Program-made: the position numbers and the translations under genes
The notes under the pieces: generated by a model
The model's database searches: none
What the model saw: the letters and a program-made list of their open reading frames with translations, nothing else
Told to the model about the DNA's origin: nothing
DNA from: Azolla caroliniana
Taxonomy: Eukaryota; Plantae; Polypodiophyta
Direction: 5' to 3'
Assembly (NCBI GenBank): GCA_043228905.1
Contig: JBHGNT010000003.1
Span: 18,972,001-19,036,000 of the forward strand
DNA: 64,000 bases
Part shown: positions 26,171-39,427 of the stretch, piece by piece
Layout: each line of letters opens with the position of its first letter
Numbering within the stretch: the stretch's first letter is position 1

Positions 26171-29100
26171 GCTCTAAATTATGTGTCGAAAATTTTGTTG
26201 TGACCACCCTTGTGGAAATGGTTGAATGGTAGAGTTTTGACACTTGGAAGTGGGGTCCCAAATCTATGTCTCATCCAAACTTAAGTCTGATTTGGGAAGA
26301 ATTTTATACCCAATGCTCCTATTTTTGAAGCAAAAATTTCCTTGCAATCCTTGAGTAACCCAAATCATGAAAAACACAATGTACAACTCTATAGGTTACA
26401 TACAATTTAAAACATAGGGGAGATAATGTTCCTGGCAATTTGCATCAAATTTAGAAGGAGAGAAATAAAATCAAGATAGTATCAAAATTTACAATAAATA
26501 ACCCTTTTACAATAAGGTATGAGACATTAAGATAAATAAAAGAATGGCGGGTATCCTTCAATTTATGATCAATGGCCATATCACCTTTTGTCGTCATTAA
26601 GGTCTCACACATTCTCATGATTCCCTACCTTGTGACAAATTGTATGTCAACATGGCATGACACTTCACTCCCAAAATCGACAAACTCAACTATGAGTTGT
26701 CTTGCTCATTTTATAACAATTTGGAGCTCCTTGTTAGATTAAAACAATAGTGCCTCTTTTGGCATGCTCAATCCTATTGTTTGCTTCATTGTTGTCACAT
26801 TAAAGCTCGCATTTTCCCTTTATTGCATTGCTTCATCGTTACAACTCACCTTTTTTCTTTCATTGCCCTTGAGACGGTTCAAACACCAAACCTTATTGTT
26901 CAAGTGTTAACTCTTGTCATTTAAGCTAACTTTTGTTTATAACTTATTTAATCCTCACCTTTTCTTCTAATGACAAGTTTACGTACTTTTGTCCCTTCAT
27001 GCATGCAACATCACAATATTATGATCCATTGGTGTTGTGAAAAAGTCTCATTCACCAGGGAATTTAGTGATACATCATGAAGCAAATGCAATACATCCTA
27101 TTTATCAAACCATCTCTTCGCATCTTGCATCTCTATAAAAGTCATAATTTTGCTTTTGTCTATGTTTTAAATCTTTTTACTTGCTTCCCATATGATTCTA
27201 AGGAGCTAATCCTTACAAATCATATCTATTTATATAAATCAAGGGCCAACCAAATGCCATCTTCTTCAATCATGACAAGAATAAAAGGAATGAAGCATTA
27301 ATTAAAAAATATTCATTGATTATGCATTGGATTTAATGCACTTTCAATCTCTAATTTTAAACTACTATGGTAGTGGTCTAACTAATAATGATGACTAACT
27401 ACAAGATAACTATTTGTTGATCTAGTTATACTCTGAATATCACCTTGGAAGTTTGAGCTATATTTGATGTTTCAGTCTTCAGACATGGCCAATCCAATAA
27501 CTATGTTGTATGATAATAACCTAGTTTTGAAATTTGTTTCTCCTTGGAGTCTGGAAAGTTTTCTTGATCAAACAAAGCAAATCTAATTATCTTGTTATCC
27601 TTAATTTAAGTGGAGTATAAGATGGCATGTTATGCATGATGGATGTGGAGTGGCATTGTTGAAAACTTCTCCTAGTAGAATAAACGATGTAGATTGAACG
27701 GGAGCCAATGTAGATAGCATGCGCATTGTGAACACTAGAGTTCCATCGCTATCACAAATATAGTATGTAATACACTCAAATGCATTGGCAAACATTCTTT
27801 TCCATACAAATGCAAACGAATGCGTATGTTATCAAAACATTCTTATGTTTTTTTTTACAATTTTTCCCTTAACTTTCTTACCTTAAAAAACATTTATCTT
27901 ATAATAAATAATGAATACAAAAGTATGATATTTACCATACTTCGAGGGTGGTGCCCATATTCAGTTGATTGAAACATTCTCGAATGTGAATGCATGTATG
28001 GTTCATACTATGCTTCATTCAATAACATATTTTGTATGAAGTGTGAAGTGGAATCAAAGTTTTTTCATTTGATGATTGTGTTGACATCTTTATGATGGCC
28101 CTAAAGCCTTACCTAATTAAAAGTTATAGTGGGATAGTTGAGAGAATACCAACAAATCGAAACAGAAGAACCAATCAATGTAGGGACTCACTAGATAAAA
28201 GATAATCCAAAAAAGAGTCAGGTGATGCAGTTGGTGTGGATAAAATGCTCAAGGATAGACTATGTGTGCGAACAAGCATCAACCCACTTGGGTGTAACCA
28301 AAGGAAAGAGTGGTGCATATAAATGTGGTACATGGGCTGGCCATCATGGTGAACTATTTATTGGCTTATATGAGCCTTAGAAATAAAGTTTAGTTCTTTG
28401 CTACACATTGAGCTATGTATGTATTTGTTCTTTTAGAAGGGCATGCGCTAGATCTCTTGTTGTATCATTCCTCTATTGCACTTGTTTGAGTAGTGACACA
28501 CATGTTCAAGAATTTTACAACTAAAATGCAATCAAGAGAGCACAATTTGATCATGACACAAATATGTGTAGGGGTGGACCAGATTAACAAGATGTTGAAA
28601 ACAAACCCGAATGTGAATAAATGCAATTCCAAACTCCCAAACTCATTTAGAACAAAATATGCATAGTCAATGAATCTCCTCATCTACACCCCAACACCCC
28701 GTCTTGCATTGAAAAGAATGTGAGCTAAGTCATATGAAAGAAATGGTGTAGATAGCAAACAAAGGGATGAACTTTAGAATTGTAAAAACCACCTTGTTCA
28801 TTAAGGTATCTAATGATGCATCATGAAGCAAATGTGATGCATCCCATTTCTAGTGTATGTATGGTGCATCATGCTTGTAGTTGATAGATTCACAAGTCAT
28901 GAGAATCTTGTCTACTTTGTTGCTACTCGTATCCTCAACAGTTGACAAGACAATTGGTCCATTTTCTAAGCTAACTACAATTTTGAAAATCCTTTTGACT
29001 GGGCTCAACATGGGAACGCGGATGCAAAGTTTGAACTTCCCCAAGGGATGAGGCCTATGGCCAACAAAGTCAATGTCATTTAAAATCCAACTAGGGCGAG

Positions 29101-29439
29101 TTGTGTCAAACTCACATAGTACAAGTGTGCAATACAAGAATTGATCATGAGAATAACCTCAAATTTGTTGGCTAAAGAAATTAAAGAATAACTAACATGA
29201 TCCAAGATGGAAACTATATGTGGTGACATTGATTAATTCATGATTGAAAACAATCTCCTCCTCTCTCTATCCCCGATACAAATCAAGTTGATGCAAAGAT
29301 CTTATCAAAATGATATGACAACGTAATGGTTGGGCACTTTGGTGTTGCAAAGACTATGGAACTAGCATCACGTAACTACTAATGTCCACAACAAGTGAAG
29401 CTAGTTATAGAAGTTGTGAAGACCTATTTCACCATCATC

Positions 29440-30400
29440 TATTTGGTCTTCTTTTGACCCTTGTTAGACTTTGGACCTCGATATAATTGATTCATCACGA
29501 ACTTGCCATTAATTGACAAGTATGAATCATAGTTGGTGATAATGGATCATTACATAAAGATGACCTACCTTTTAATTTGTAAATTTGCAATTAAGCCACT
29601 TCAAGAATGGAAACTGAGAACTCAATTTGGCTACACGGGTTCCCATATAATATTATCTCGAATCGAGGTCCCAATTCATCTCATGTTTTTTTGAAAATCC
29701 CATTCTAGATTCTTGGAACCTCCATCAAGTTGTCCTCAACATATCACCCTTAGATAGATAGCCAAATGGAACTAGTCAACAAAATTCTTGAACAATATAT
29801 AGAGAGTGTCAGAAGCTATCAACAAGATGATTGGATATTGTTGGTCGCTGAGTTTGTCTACAATAGTACCATACATTTGTACATTGCCGCAATCACTCCA
29901 TATTTTACAACTTATTGGTTCTGTCTACGATTCAATATCAATAACCTGGGCAGTTATGTAAAGCGAGTCCACCAGAATGTGAGCGTTGAACCCTCTGATA
30001 TTGAAGATAAACATAAATATCAAGTTGGTTGTTGATTTGTTGCTATGGCTAGTTTAAAGTTGGGGACAAAGTTTGGCTCTTGGGCAATATCACTATATCT
30101 CGCCCATGAGACAAATTAAACTATAAAATATTAGGTCCTTTGTACATTGTTGTGACGGAAATAAACCTGATAACTTTTTGAATTGATCTAACTCCACACT
30201 TTTGGATCTACAATGTGTTTCAGACAACGTTCTTGAAGCCTTACCACCCATCTTCTCTTCCTTAGTGCCTGCTTGTTGCACCCCCCTTTGATCATACTTG
30301 AATATCAAGAGGCGTTTGAGGTATAAAGTTCCTATACTCTCAAACGATGTATCAACAACTTCATTATCTACTACCATTGAAGGGCTACTATTAGAGATTA
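29440..30400 (+). mobile_element. Heavily decayed Gypsy integrase remnant
   Basis: Residual ISNRGP, SSTYHP, NKILEQY, YQQDDW, AEFVYNS and VGDKVWL motifs. Confidence 0.65.
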
Positions 30401-31760
30401 TTTCTAATGTAAACATGAAATAAGGAATATAAATTATAGGTACATAAGAAAAAGAGAGAGAATGAGGGGTGACGATCCACTTGACCACCCCCCAACGAAG
30501 GGATTGAGATGGACTTGAACCTTGATCAGCGTCCCATTCCACCACAATAATTGCAATGGAAAGTTAGAGAAGTGAGTTTTAAGGGTGTTTTCTCGTTCCC
30601 ATGTATCATCTTTTATAAATTTTTCCTTCCATTTAATTTTAAAGTCTTGGATTGTTTTAGAATGCAAAAGTTTTGTTTACATCAAATACGTAATTAGTGA
30701 AGATTAAACTTGCAACCTCACATCTACAAGATGTCATGCTCAACCATTTGGATATGAACATGCATTTGTATATAAAGTATTATCTATTCTAGCATATATA
30801 CATTCCAAAATATTCTAGAGCCTTTAGTGTATTCTGGAAATATTCTACGGTATATTCTAGATATATTTCTCAAGTATATTCTAGAGATATTCAATATCGG
30901 AACTTGTATAAATACTTGTAACCTCCTTGGTCCCTTTCAATGAATTCAACACTAGTCATTGACACATCAATCTAGTATTCTCCTTTCTCCGCATCTTGTC
31001 TCCTTGATCTTTATCTCTATCTTCATGCTCTCCATAGTTTCCTAAGTTCATAGTCTCATCACTCAAAACTTCTAGAGTTCCTAGCCTCGTCACTTCTAGT
31101 TCCAAGTTCGTAGCCCGTCGCTCGTAGCCCCATGTGCTCCGTCCTAGTCTGCACTTGGTGTGTCCGTGACACATGTGGTTTAGAAGCTAAATATTCAGAA
31201 GTAACCAAAGTTTTGGTTGTAATTATATTATCACTAGAATCAAATTCTTTTAGATGACTTACATGAAAAACTGGATGGATTTCGAAACCATGAGGAAGAG
31301 CAAGACGATAAGTTGATGAACCAATGCGTTTGAGGACTGTGAAAGGTCCACAAAACCGTGTGGCTAACTTAACACAATAACCTACAGACAATGTCTTAGA
31401 ATTGTGAGGTGCACGTAAAAATACCTCATTTCCAAGTTTGAATACATGAAATTGGCATAAAAACGTGCTCTATCTTGAGTTGTTTTATATTATTTCGTGC
31501 AATATACAACATATCTTGCAAATTCCATAGAAAGATTTGTGTACTTCGCAACTCTCATTATGTATATTAACATCAATCGAAGCTTGGTGGCTGAAAGCCA
31601 TACATCAACATAAAAGGACTAATCATGTTGATGTATGCTTGGAGCTATTATTAGTAAACTCCAAAATCATGAGATAACGTTCCCATTTTGTTGGCTTCGT
31701 AACAACATATGCTTGAAGGTTTTCGTCAATAATTTGACCCCAAGCAAAATCACACTTGGC
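30400..31760 (-). mobile_element. Decayed Gypsy 3' end (integrase C-terminus and chromodomain-like region)
   Basis: KLATRFCGPFTVLKRIGSSTYRLALP...IHPVFHVSHLK and FKIKWKE...DDTWE. Interrupted by a solo LTR. Confidence 0.75.
30732..31171 (+). mobile_element. Solo LTR (Gypsy-type)
   Basis: TGTCA...TGACA ends, TTCTAG-rich U3, TATAAATA at 30907, pyrimidine-rich R/U5. No clean TSD (CAAGA vs CATGT). Confidence 0.7.
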
Positions 31761-32930
31761 CCTTATGGGTTGTCTCAATTCCTAATATTAAAAGTATTCC
31801 TCCCTTCTTTACATTCTTAGTTAACCCTCACACTTTTATCCTCTCGTGTAGAACACTACGGTTCAAACTACCACGGGATAAATTATGGTCATGCCTGTAA
31901 CAACTGCTATAAATTTGAAGCTAGTTGGGAGCTAACCAACTACCTCCACAACACTCTAGATGTAGTTCAACAAATGTACTCCACCTAGAAGTCTAAGATA
32001 AGGGAGAGGATAATATCATGATTCATGACCATGGAGATGTTAGACGTGAAAATCTAATCATTCATATTGGTTGGCATATAGCATGGTTAGTCTAATGTTA
32101 AAAGAGTGATCATAAGGTGATATGTATGCATAGATAATGTTAGTTGGTGGCATGTTTTGAAATGAGAGATGCAAGGTGCCACACATTCATATAGAGAGTT
32201 TATTACGTTGAAGCTTATTTATCCTTTGGGATTCATTCATTATTGTGTAATCTTTAAATAGGCATTGTAAATACATAAAGTATTCGTCAATTAAGTGGGT
32301 TAGTTAAGTAACTTTGTAAGCTCGACAAGTTTAATAACAATATCACGATATTACATTAAGAACACATAGATTATAGAAAAATAAGAAGATATGTAGATAA
32401 AGCAGATTCAACAGAAAAGTGGTTTGTCAAGTAGGAGAAGAGCTAAGCAATGTGCCCATGCCCCTCATGTGGAGGTGGATGAAAAGTGATGAGAAAACGG
32501 GGGTATTCAGGTTGTTTGTGCATAAGAGGAAACACAAAACTTGGGCAAGGTTATCAATATGCAAGCTAGAAATAGGAAGTGTAGAAGTAGTGAATTCGAT
32601 AGAAAAGTTGCTCATCAAAGAACTTTGAAGTTAGGGCAATGCTTGCGACCGAGAAAACAATCGAAGAGTAAGGGAAACGGGGGGGTATAGAAAATGTCTT
32701 AAGCATAAGGGGAAAGACACAATACAACGACAGAGTTACCAACGATACAAAAAACACACTCAAGGGGGTGGGGGGCACATACAAGTCGTCGATTCAAGTC
32801 GAGAAGCAGGTTGCCGAAAAAAGAGCGAGAGGAGACAAAACATACAAGAAGGAATGGATTGTTAAAAGGCGATGTTTCGAGACAAGAAGGAATGGATTGT
32901 TAGAAGACAATGTTTCGGGTGGCCGGGAAG

Positions 32931-32931
<1 letters not shown>

Positions 32932-33029
<98 letters not shown>

Positions 33030-33135
33030 AGACGGCGTGTCGAGAGGCGAGGGGGGGTGGGCAGGGGCTCGCTTCGGACGAGTGTAGGGTAACGGTGAAT
33101 AACACATACACGTGCGCGAGAGAGAGAGAAGAGAT

Positions 33136-33181
<46 letters not shown>

Positions 33182-33510
33182 TGGTAGGGCCGTTGAGTGT
33201 GGAGGGAGCAGGGGGTCGATCTGACGGTGGAGATTCAATGCCGTCGATCCTTGGCTTGGAGGCCTGGGCCAATAGGAACCTGCGCATTTGGTCCACCCAA
33301 AATTCGTGCAGTTATTTATTTATTATTATTAGTTAAATTGATTCATACATACTATTACATCTACATACATACATACATACTGTTACATCTACATACATAC
33401 ATAAATACATACATACATACTGTTACATCTACATACATACATACATACATACATACATACATACATACATACATACATACTGTTACATCTACATACATAC
33501 ATAAATATAT
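32932..33510. repeat. (AC)n, (AG)n and (TACA)n microsatellite cluster upstream of H1
   Basis: Directly visible at 32932-33025, 33118-33179 and 33345-33510. Confidence 0.95.
33185..33300 (+). promoter_or_regulatory. Candidate H1 upstream cis-element block
   Basis: GC-rich island between microsatellites with GATCTGACGGT, CCGTCGATCC and site II TGGGCC (33265-33270) overlapping CCAAT. Confidence 0.35.
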
Positions 33511-33828
33511 CCATAACAGTATAAACAAAAACAAAAACAAAATATGTATTCGTAAAAAAATTACTTAAAAATACATATTATTTTAATTTCCAGAAATAAC
33601 AGTCTTTTCCATAGCCAGATCTCCCTGTTAAATTTTTTTGTTTGTTTGTCTTCTTTTCCATCATTTCCTGCAGTCGACGAAGACGAAGACGACGACAGGC
33701 AACACCAGCACCCCCCCCCTCCCTTCCTTCCCTGTTTTCTTTTTAATTTTTTCTCCTTTTTTTAATTCCTGCCCCCCCCCTTTTTATTATTTTTATTTTC
33801 TTTCTTCCATTCTTTCTGCCTCGCCGCC

Positions 33829-35958
33829 ATGGCTGCTTCCTCAGAGCTCGCAAAGAAGACCAAGAAGGCTTCTTCTTCCACCAAGAACACCGCCAAATCT
33901 GAACCTCTTCATCCTTCTTACCTCCAGGTTTTCCTTCCTTCCTTCCCAAGTCCTTCTCTTGTTTTTTTTTTTAAATTCCATTTATTCCTGTTCTATTTGT
34001 GAGTTTCTGATCATCGACTTTCTGTGTAATTCGCCTCGAAAATGGAACTGTTTTTAAGGTCTCTATTCATGCGGAAATTAAATTCTTTCGTGCATGATTC
34101 GGGCCTCTGATTTTATCGTCTCTGTGCGTGGAAATTGCTTGCTAGGGTTCCTTACGTCAGTGATTCTTATGTCTGTACACAAAAATTGATCAGAGTAGAG
34201 CTGCTTGCTGTATAATTAGACAAGTTTTGAGCGCAAAATTGAATTGTTTTGTGTAAATTTCTAGCTTTAGTCTCGGCTTAGCGTCTCTGCCTGAAATTAG
34301 GAGGACAGGCGTTGCTTAAACATTTCAGGTCATTCTTTGTCTGAGTTATTATTTCAGTAAACATCTTCGGCTGTCTCTGAATGGAATGCTTAGCTGCTCA
34401 GATTAGGGCTTCCATTCTGGGATACCTCTCAGGATTGTGTTCCGGGCAAGGCACATCATGCTGTTAGTCAGAATGAGACTAAGCGTGCGTCTGTGTTTTA
34501 GGGTTAGGGTTAGGGTCTCGCGTGTATGGAAATGGTATCGTCTTCATATGGTTTTTTAGGGTTGTCTGGTTCTCGACTGTCTCTGCAGAGTCATCTATCT
34601 GCGTTCACAGGAGGTAAGTAGTGATTAAGAGACTGGAAAAACGGATTTGAGGCAGGCAATGTCCTGCTAGAATAGCCGCTAATTTTAGCGACGGTTGCCT
34701 CAAAGCCGGTCGTTTAGTTAACCACAATGACTAACCATTCCTTTAGACTTTAGTTTGACGGGCCGTTACTTTTAACTAGGGTTAAGCATTCCGTCCAAAG
34801 GTAAACCAGATGGGTCCGTTATGTCAACCCGGGGTTGACGTCAGCGGGACTGTGGCCTAACCAGGGTTAGGGATTAGTTGGGTACGGTTACTCTAACCAG
34901 GGTTAAAGTTGAGGAGGCCCGTTAAGTTAGCGTTAGCGTCTTAACGGTGACGGACGCTTGCCGTTTCCGCATACATTTGAATGAGGCTCGTCAACTGACT
35001 AACTGTCTAACTGTCTAACTAACTAACAAACAAAATAACGGTCAAACTAACTAACTCACTCACTAACTAACTGTTAAACTAACTAACTAGCTGCGGTTAG
35101 CGGCACTGATTTTCTCTTTGTACTACCTGTTGCCCTATCTCTTACTAACTGTTACTGCCTCCTGTCTTGTTCCTGCACATACACACACACATACACACAC
35201 AGATGATATCAGAAGCCATAGCTTCTCTGAAGGAGAGAACAGGGTCCAGCCAATACGCCATCGCCAAGTTCTTGGAGAGCAAATACCAGGGCTCCCTCCC
35301 TCCTAACTTCAAGAAGATCCTGCTCGTCCATCTCAGGAAGTTGGCCAAGGAGAGCAAACTCGTGAAGGTGAAAGCCTCCTTCAAGCTCTCTGATGACCTG
35401 AAGAAGAAGGCATCTTCTTTGTTGTCATCGGCATCGGCATCGGCATCGGCATCGCCAGCCAAATCCAAATCCCCCTCCACTTCATCTGCTGCTGCCCCAT
35501 CGCCCAGGAAATCGACGAAAGAAAGAGGGAAGGAGAAAGGGGCTCCTGCCAAATCCGCCCCCTCCAAGGCTTCCGTGTCAAAACCTAACCCCAAGAAGAA
35601 ACCATTGGCCCCCAAAACTGCCCCTAAATCGGCCCCCAAAGCGGCTGCTGCCTCCAAAACAGCCGCCAAGCCTGCCTCCAAAACCGCCGCCAAGCCTGCC
35701 CCCAAACCCCCCGCCAAACGTGCCTCCAAAAGCCCCGCCAAGGTTGTGCCACCCCCGAAGAAGAAGCCGGCTGCAGATAAGAAGCCCAGCTCCACCGCCA
35801 TTCGGTCAGCTGCTAGGTCTGCCGCCAAATCGGCTGCTAAACCTAAACCTCCACCCAAAACCGCCCCTAAATCTCCCTCCAAAGGAGCTGCTAAAACAGT
35901 TGGTAAAGCCAAGACAACCACCTCCAAATCCCCCTCCAAGAAAGCCAAAAAAGCGTAG
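33829..35958 (+). CDS. H1: Linker histone H1, 284 aa; exons 33829-33927 and 35203-35958
   Basis: MAASSELAKK...HPSYLQ|MISEAIASLKERTGSSQYAIAKF...KLVKVKASFKL globular domain with the typical plant H1 intron position. Lys/Ala/Pro-rich tail with SPxK motifs. TACTAAC branch point at 35143-35149. Confidence 0.95.
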
Positions 35959-38269
35959 TATAAAAGTGCCCCCTTCTTTTTTCACTTTCATTATTAAACT
36001 CTCTTTTGTTTTTATGTCTTCTAATCTCTCTCTCTCTCTCTCTCTTTGGATGTCTTTGTTCTGTGCTTGTGGTCGTTTTAGGGTTCCTAACTTTGTAACT
36101 GCTTTCTAGGGTTTCTAACTTTTGTTTTTTAGGGTTTGTAGAGATGGGGAAGAAAAAGAAACTTGTAATGCTTTTTCTTTGTAATTTCCTATTTTTCTTT
36201 CCCTCCCCACCCCCCCCTCCCCTAAACCAAAACCAAGCAGAAGAAGGAGAAAAATGAAGAAGACGTGAAGTGAAATGTACACGAACCGATTTGTTTGATT
36301 TTTATCTGTTCTTTACTTCGAGAGAAAAACAAGAACAAGATATATTCTCAGACAGAAGATGGAAAAGAAAAATCTCTGAATTTGTGCCAAAAGAAACATG
36401 GAATTTGCTGTTTTTTTTGGGCTTAATCTGTAATCTCTCTTTTTCTCTCTTGCGTTTCTGTTATCATGTGGTGTTTTTGTTTGTTTAGAAATGAATAAAC
36501 AATGAAAAGAATGATTGATTGTAATGTAATGCATATAATAATAGCAGCAGCAGAATAGCATATTATCTTATCTTTATCTCTTCTCTCCATAATGAATACT
36601 ATCTTATCATTTGGTTGGGATAGAAACGTGTATGTGTGTATGTATGCATATATTGTTTTGGTAGTATTGTATGTATGTGGACTGGTAGTGTATGCTTTAT
36701 ATATACTCATAGACTGCAGTAGAAGATGTAATACTGATTTGATGGAATGCTATATATATGCAAGGGCATTTTCATCACACTAGGGCTTCTGATTTTTGCT
36801 TGTATATGCATGTGTGCACCATCCACTGTTTTGGAGATTGTTCCATAGATTCTCGACAATAGGAGAGCACTTTCTTTTTCTCTGTTCCTTTGGGTAGATT
36901 ATCGAAGAAAGCTTTGTATTTTGTGATCGATGGTGGCAATTTGTAGTTATTAGTTGTAGATAAGGAAAGAAACTTGTCTTTTGCTATGGTTGGTTTTTGT
37001 TGATGTGAGGCAACATTGATCATTTTAGTTGGGTTGTCAAAGAAGAAAGTTGTCTTTTGCTTGTGCAAATTGGTTTTTTATAATGCAATTGTTCTTTGCT
37101 TTTGTTGTGAAGTAGGGTATATAATTGGTCAGTAATATAAAAAGTAGGTTGTATTTGGTCAACATAATATGGCTGGCCATTTGTGTCTTTATCTTTGCGA
37201 AAGCTGTCAAAAGAGCCGAGTTGTGAGAATCATCAAATGCAATTTCATTTTTGGCTATTTTCTTGTTGCATAGTATCCATGGAGAGCAGTAAACAAGAAT
37301 GAGTGTACAACGAAATCCTTGAAAGTGATTCGAGCAATGCTGTATGATACAAAAAGATAAAGAAACCACTTGATTTTATGTTTGGTGCCCAAACATGTGA
37401 CACAACCTCTAATATGGCATTAGTGGTTGGGTTAGGTTTTTCACTCACCAATTGGGAAGAGCAAGTGTTTTTAAAAGAGCCTTGTGTTTTGCTTGGGGAA
37501 CTCATTGATCCTTTTACTATGAGTTTGACCTAACTATGAGCTTGGCTAGTTGTGTCTTAGTTCCAAATGTATATTGTGTTGATAACTTCTCTAAAATTTC
37601 TATGCATTAAACCCTGAAGTTTGGTTTTTTGAAATGCTTTTTATTCATGAGATTTATGTGCAATGGAATGGTTGAGAGCAAAAGCACGAGTATGTGTAGA
37701 GAGATATGGATTGGTTTTCTTATTATCATCTTTGAAGGTCAAATATCACCTACGAAACAAAAAAGATAGTAATGGCTGTCGATGTTCAAGAACTTTATTA
37801 TTGGATGTCAGAATTGAGAGTGCACATTGTGATTGTGAGAGAAATTTTGTGAAGATTGGGTTTGGTTGATGATGCGTGCAAATCGTAGTCATATTTAATC
37901 AAAGGGAGAGTGTTATGTGAAAGTGTGATACACAAGAGTCTCAACCTTGTTTCAAAATGTGAAGAGTCTGTTACTCTCATCACTTGTGCTCCAATGACAT
38001 ATCAAGTGAGTGTGAGCTAAGTCACATGAAAGCAATGGTTTAGATGATAGACAACAGGACGGGCTGTAACATGTAGGTGAAGAACATGTTTTTGTAGTTA
38101 TGTATTGTGGAATAATGTGTGAAGTGTGAGCCTCCACAATTTTCTCATGTAATGATACATTGGGGTTGCAAGAAGGCCTCATTCATAGAGGAATTTATTG
38201 ATTGATCATTAAGCAAGTGTGTTGCATCCTATCATCCAAACCATTTTTCTATATTGTGTGGTTCCCATG

Positions 38270-39270
38270 TGAGTCTTGGAAATCGATAGAGATTTTTTTG
38301 AACCTTAAACATGTATTTGACAACGCTTTCAATGACAATTATCTCAATGGGAAGTGATCTCGTCTCACGAAAGAGGGTGTATGCCATTTGTTTCATGACT
38401 TGGAAAAACTTTTTGAGTCTTAGAAGTCAATGTGAGGGATCATTTTTAACCTTAACTATATATGTGATAACCCTTTCTATGGCCATTATCTTAATGGGAA
38501 GTGATCCCATCTCACGAAAGAGGGTGTATGGTGTTTGTTTCTTGACTTGGAGAAACTTTGTAAGAAAATACTTTTGTACATTTTCAAACTCTTTTCACTT
38601 GGACATAGGGATGCTACCACCCCCATACTTTTGCCCCACGCTTCCATCCCATAGAGAAGCGTCAATGTCACCAAAATGTTGTAAATGTATTTCTGGAGGA
38701 CCCAACACTTAATTTATCCATGATTGCATGTGTTCTCAAATGCATGATATGCTCCCTTTTCCCACCCTAATCAGCCGATAACACATTCATTCCATCTATG
38801 GAACTTCAAGGCCAAGGTATTTGCTTTCCACACTTTCATGTTTTCCCACCCTAATCGGCCGATAACACATTCATTCCATCTATGGAACTTCAAGGCCAAG
38901 GTATTTGCTTTCCACACTTTCATGTGGTTCATTATTTTATAAAATGCATGGTTTAACTCTTCACAAGCATACCGTTTTGTTTTAAAGTTATTGACACTCA
39001 ACTTTCAGTGCATGCAAAATTCTTTGGATGTCCTCATAAGCTTTTGTGCATCTCCTAAAGTATTGGCAAAAGGTACTACATCATTTGATTAGAACAAAAC
39101 TTGTAAATCATTTGTTCTAATTCATCTGAAATACATAAACTAAATAGAGTTGGGGAGAATAGGTATCCTTCAAATGACTTTCTTTCATTAATACTCGAAG
39201 GGTTACAAGGTAATCGATAGTGCTATGGTGTTTTCGAAAACCAACCTTGTCCATAAGCTCTCTTGCCCTT
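38270..39270 (-). mobile_element. Decayed RTE-like LINE fragment with two internal tandem duplications (~143 bp at 38270-38560; 83 bp at 38757-38922)
   Basis: Residual DVVPFANTLGDAQKLM...KLSVNNFKTK and LLYGMEAWG motifs. The duplications are directly visible. Confidence 0.6.
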
Positions 39271-39356
39271 TTTTCTAGCCCATGCACTTACCTTTAGTAG
39301 ATATATATATATATATATATATATATTAACGTCCTCTAAGGCCAAATTTGGCCCAT

Positions 39357-39358
<2 letters not shown>

Positions 39359-39427
<69 letters not shown>

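Noticed and set aside
32768-33568. Several ORFs with HT, VC, ER or YIHT repeats
   Set aside because: Translations of microsatellites.
34496-34516. Interstitial telomere or chromosome fusion site
   Set aside because: Only three units; better read as telo-box-like motifs.
35145-35948. 267-aa ORF antisense to H1
   Set aside because: Expected shadow of Lys/Ala/Pro/Ser-rich codons, which rarely give antisense stops.
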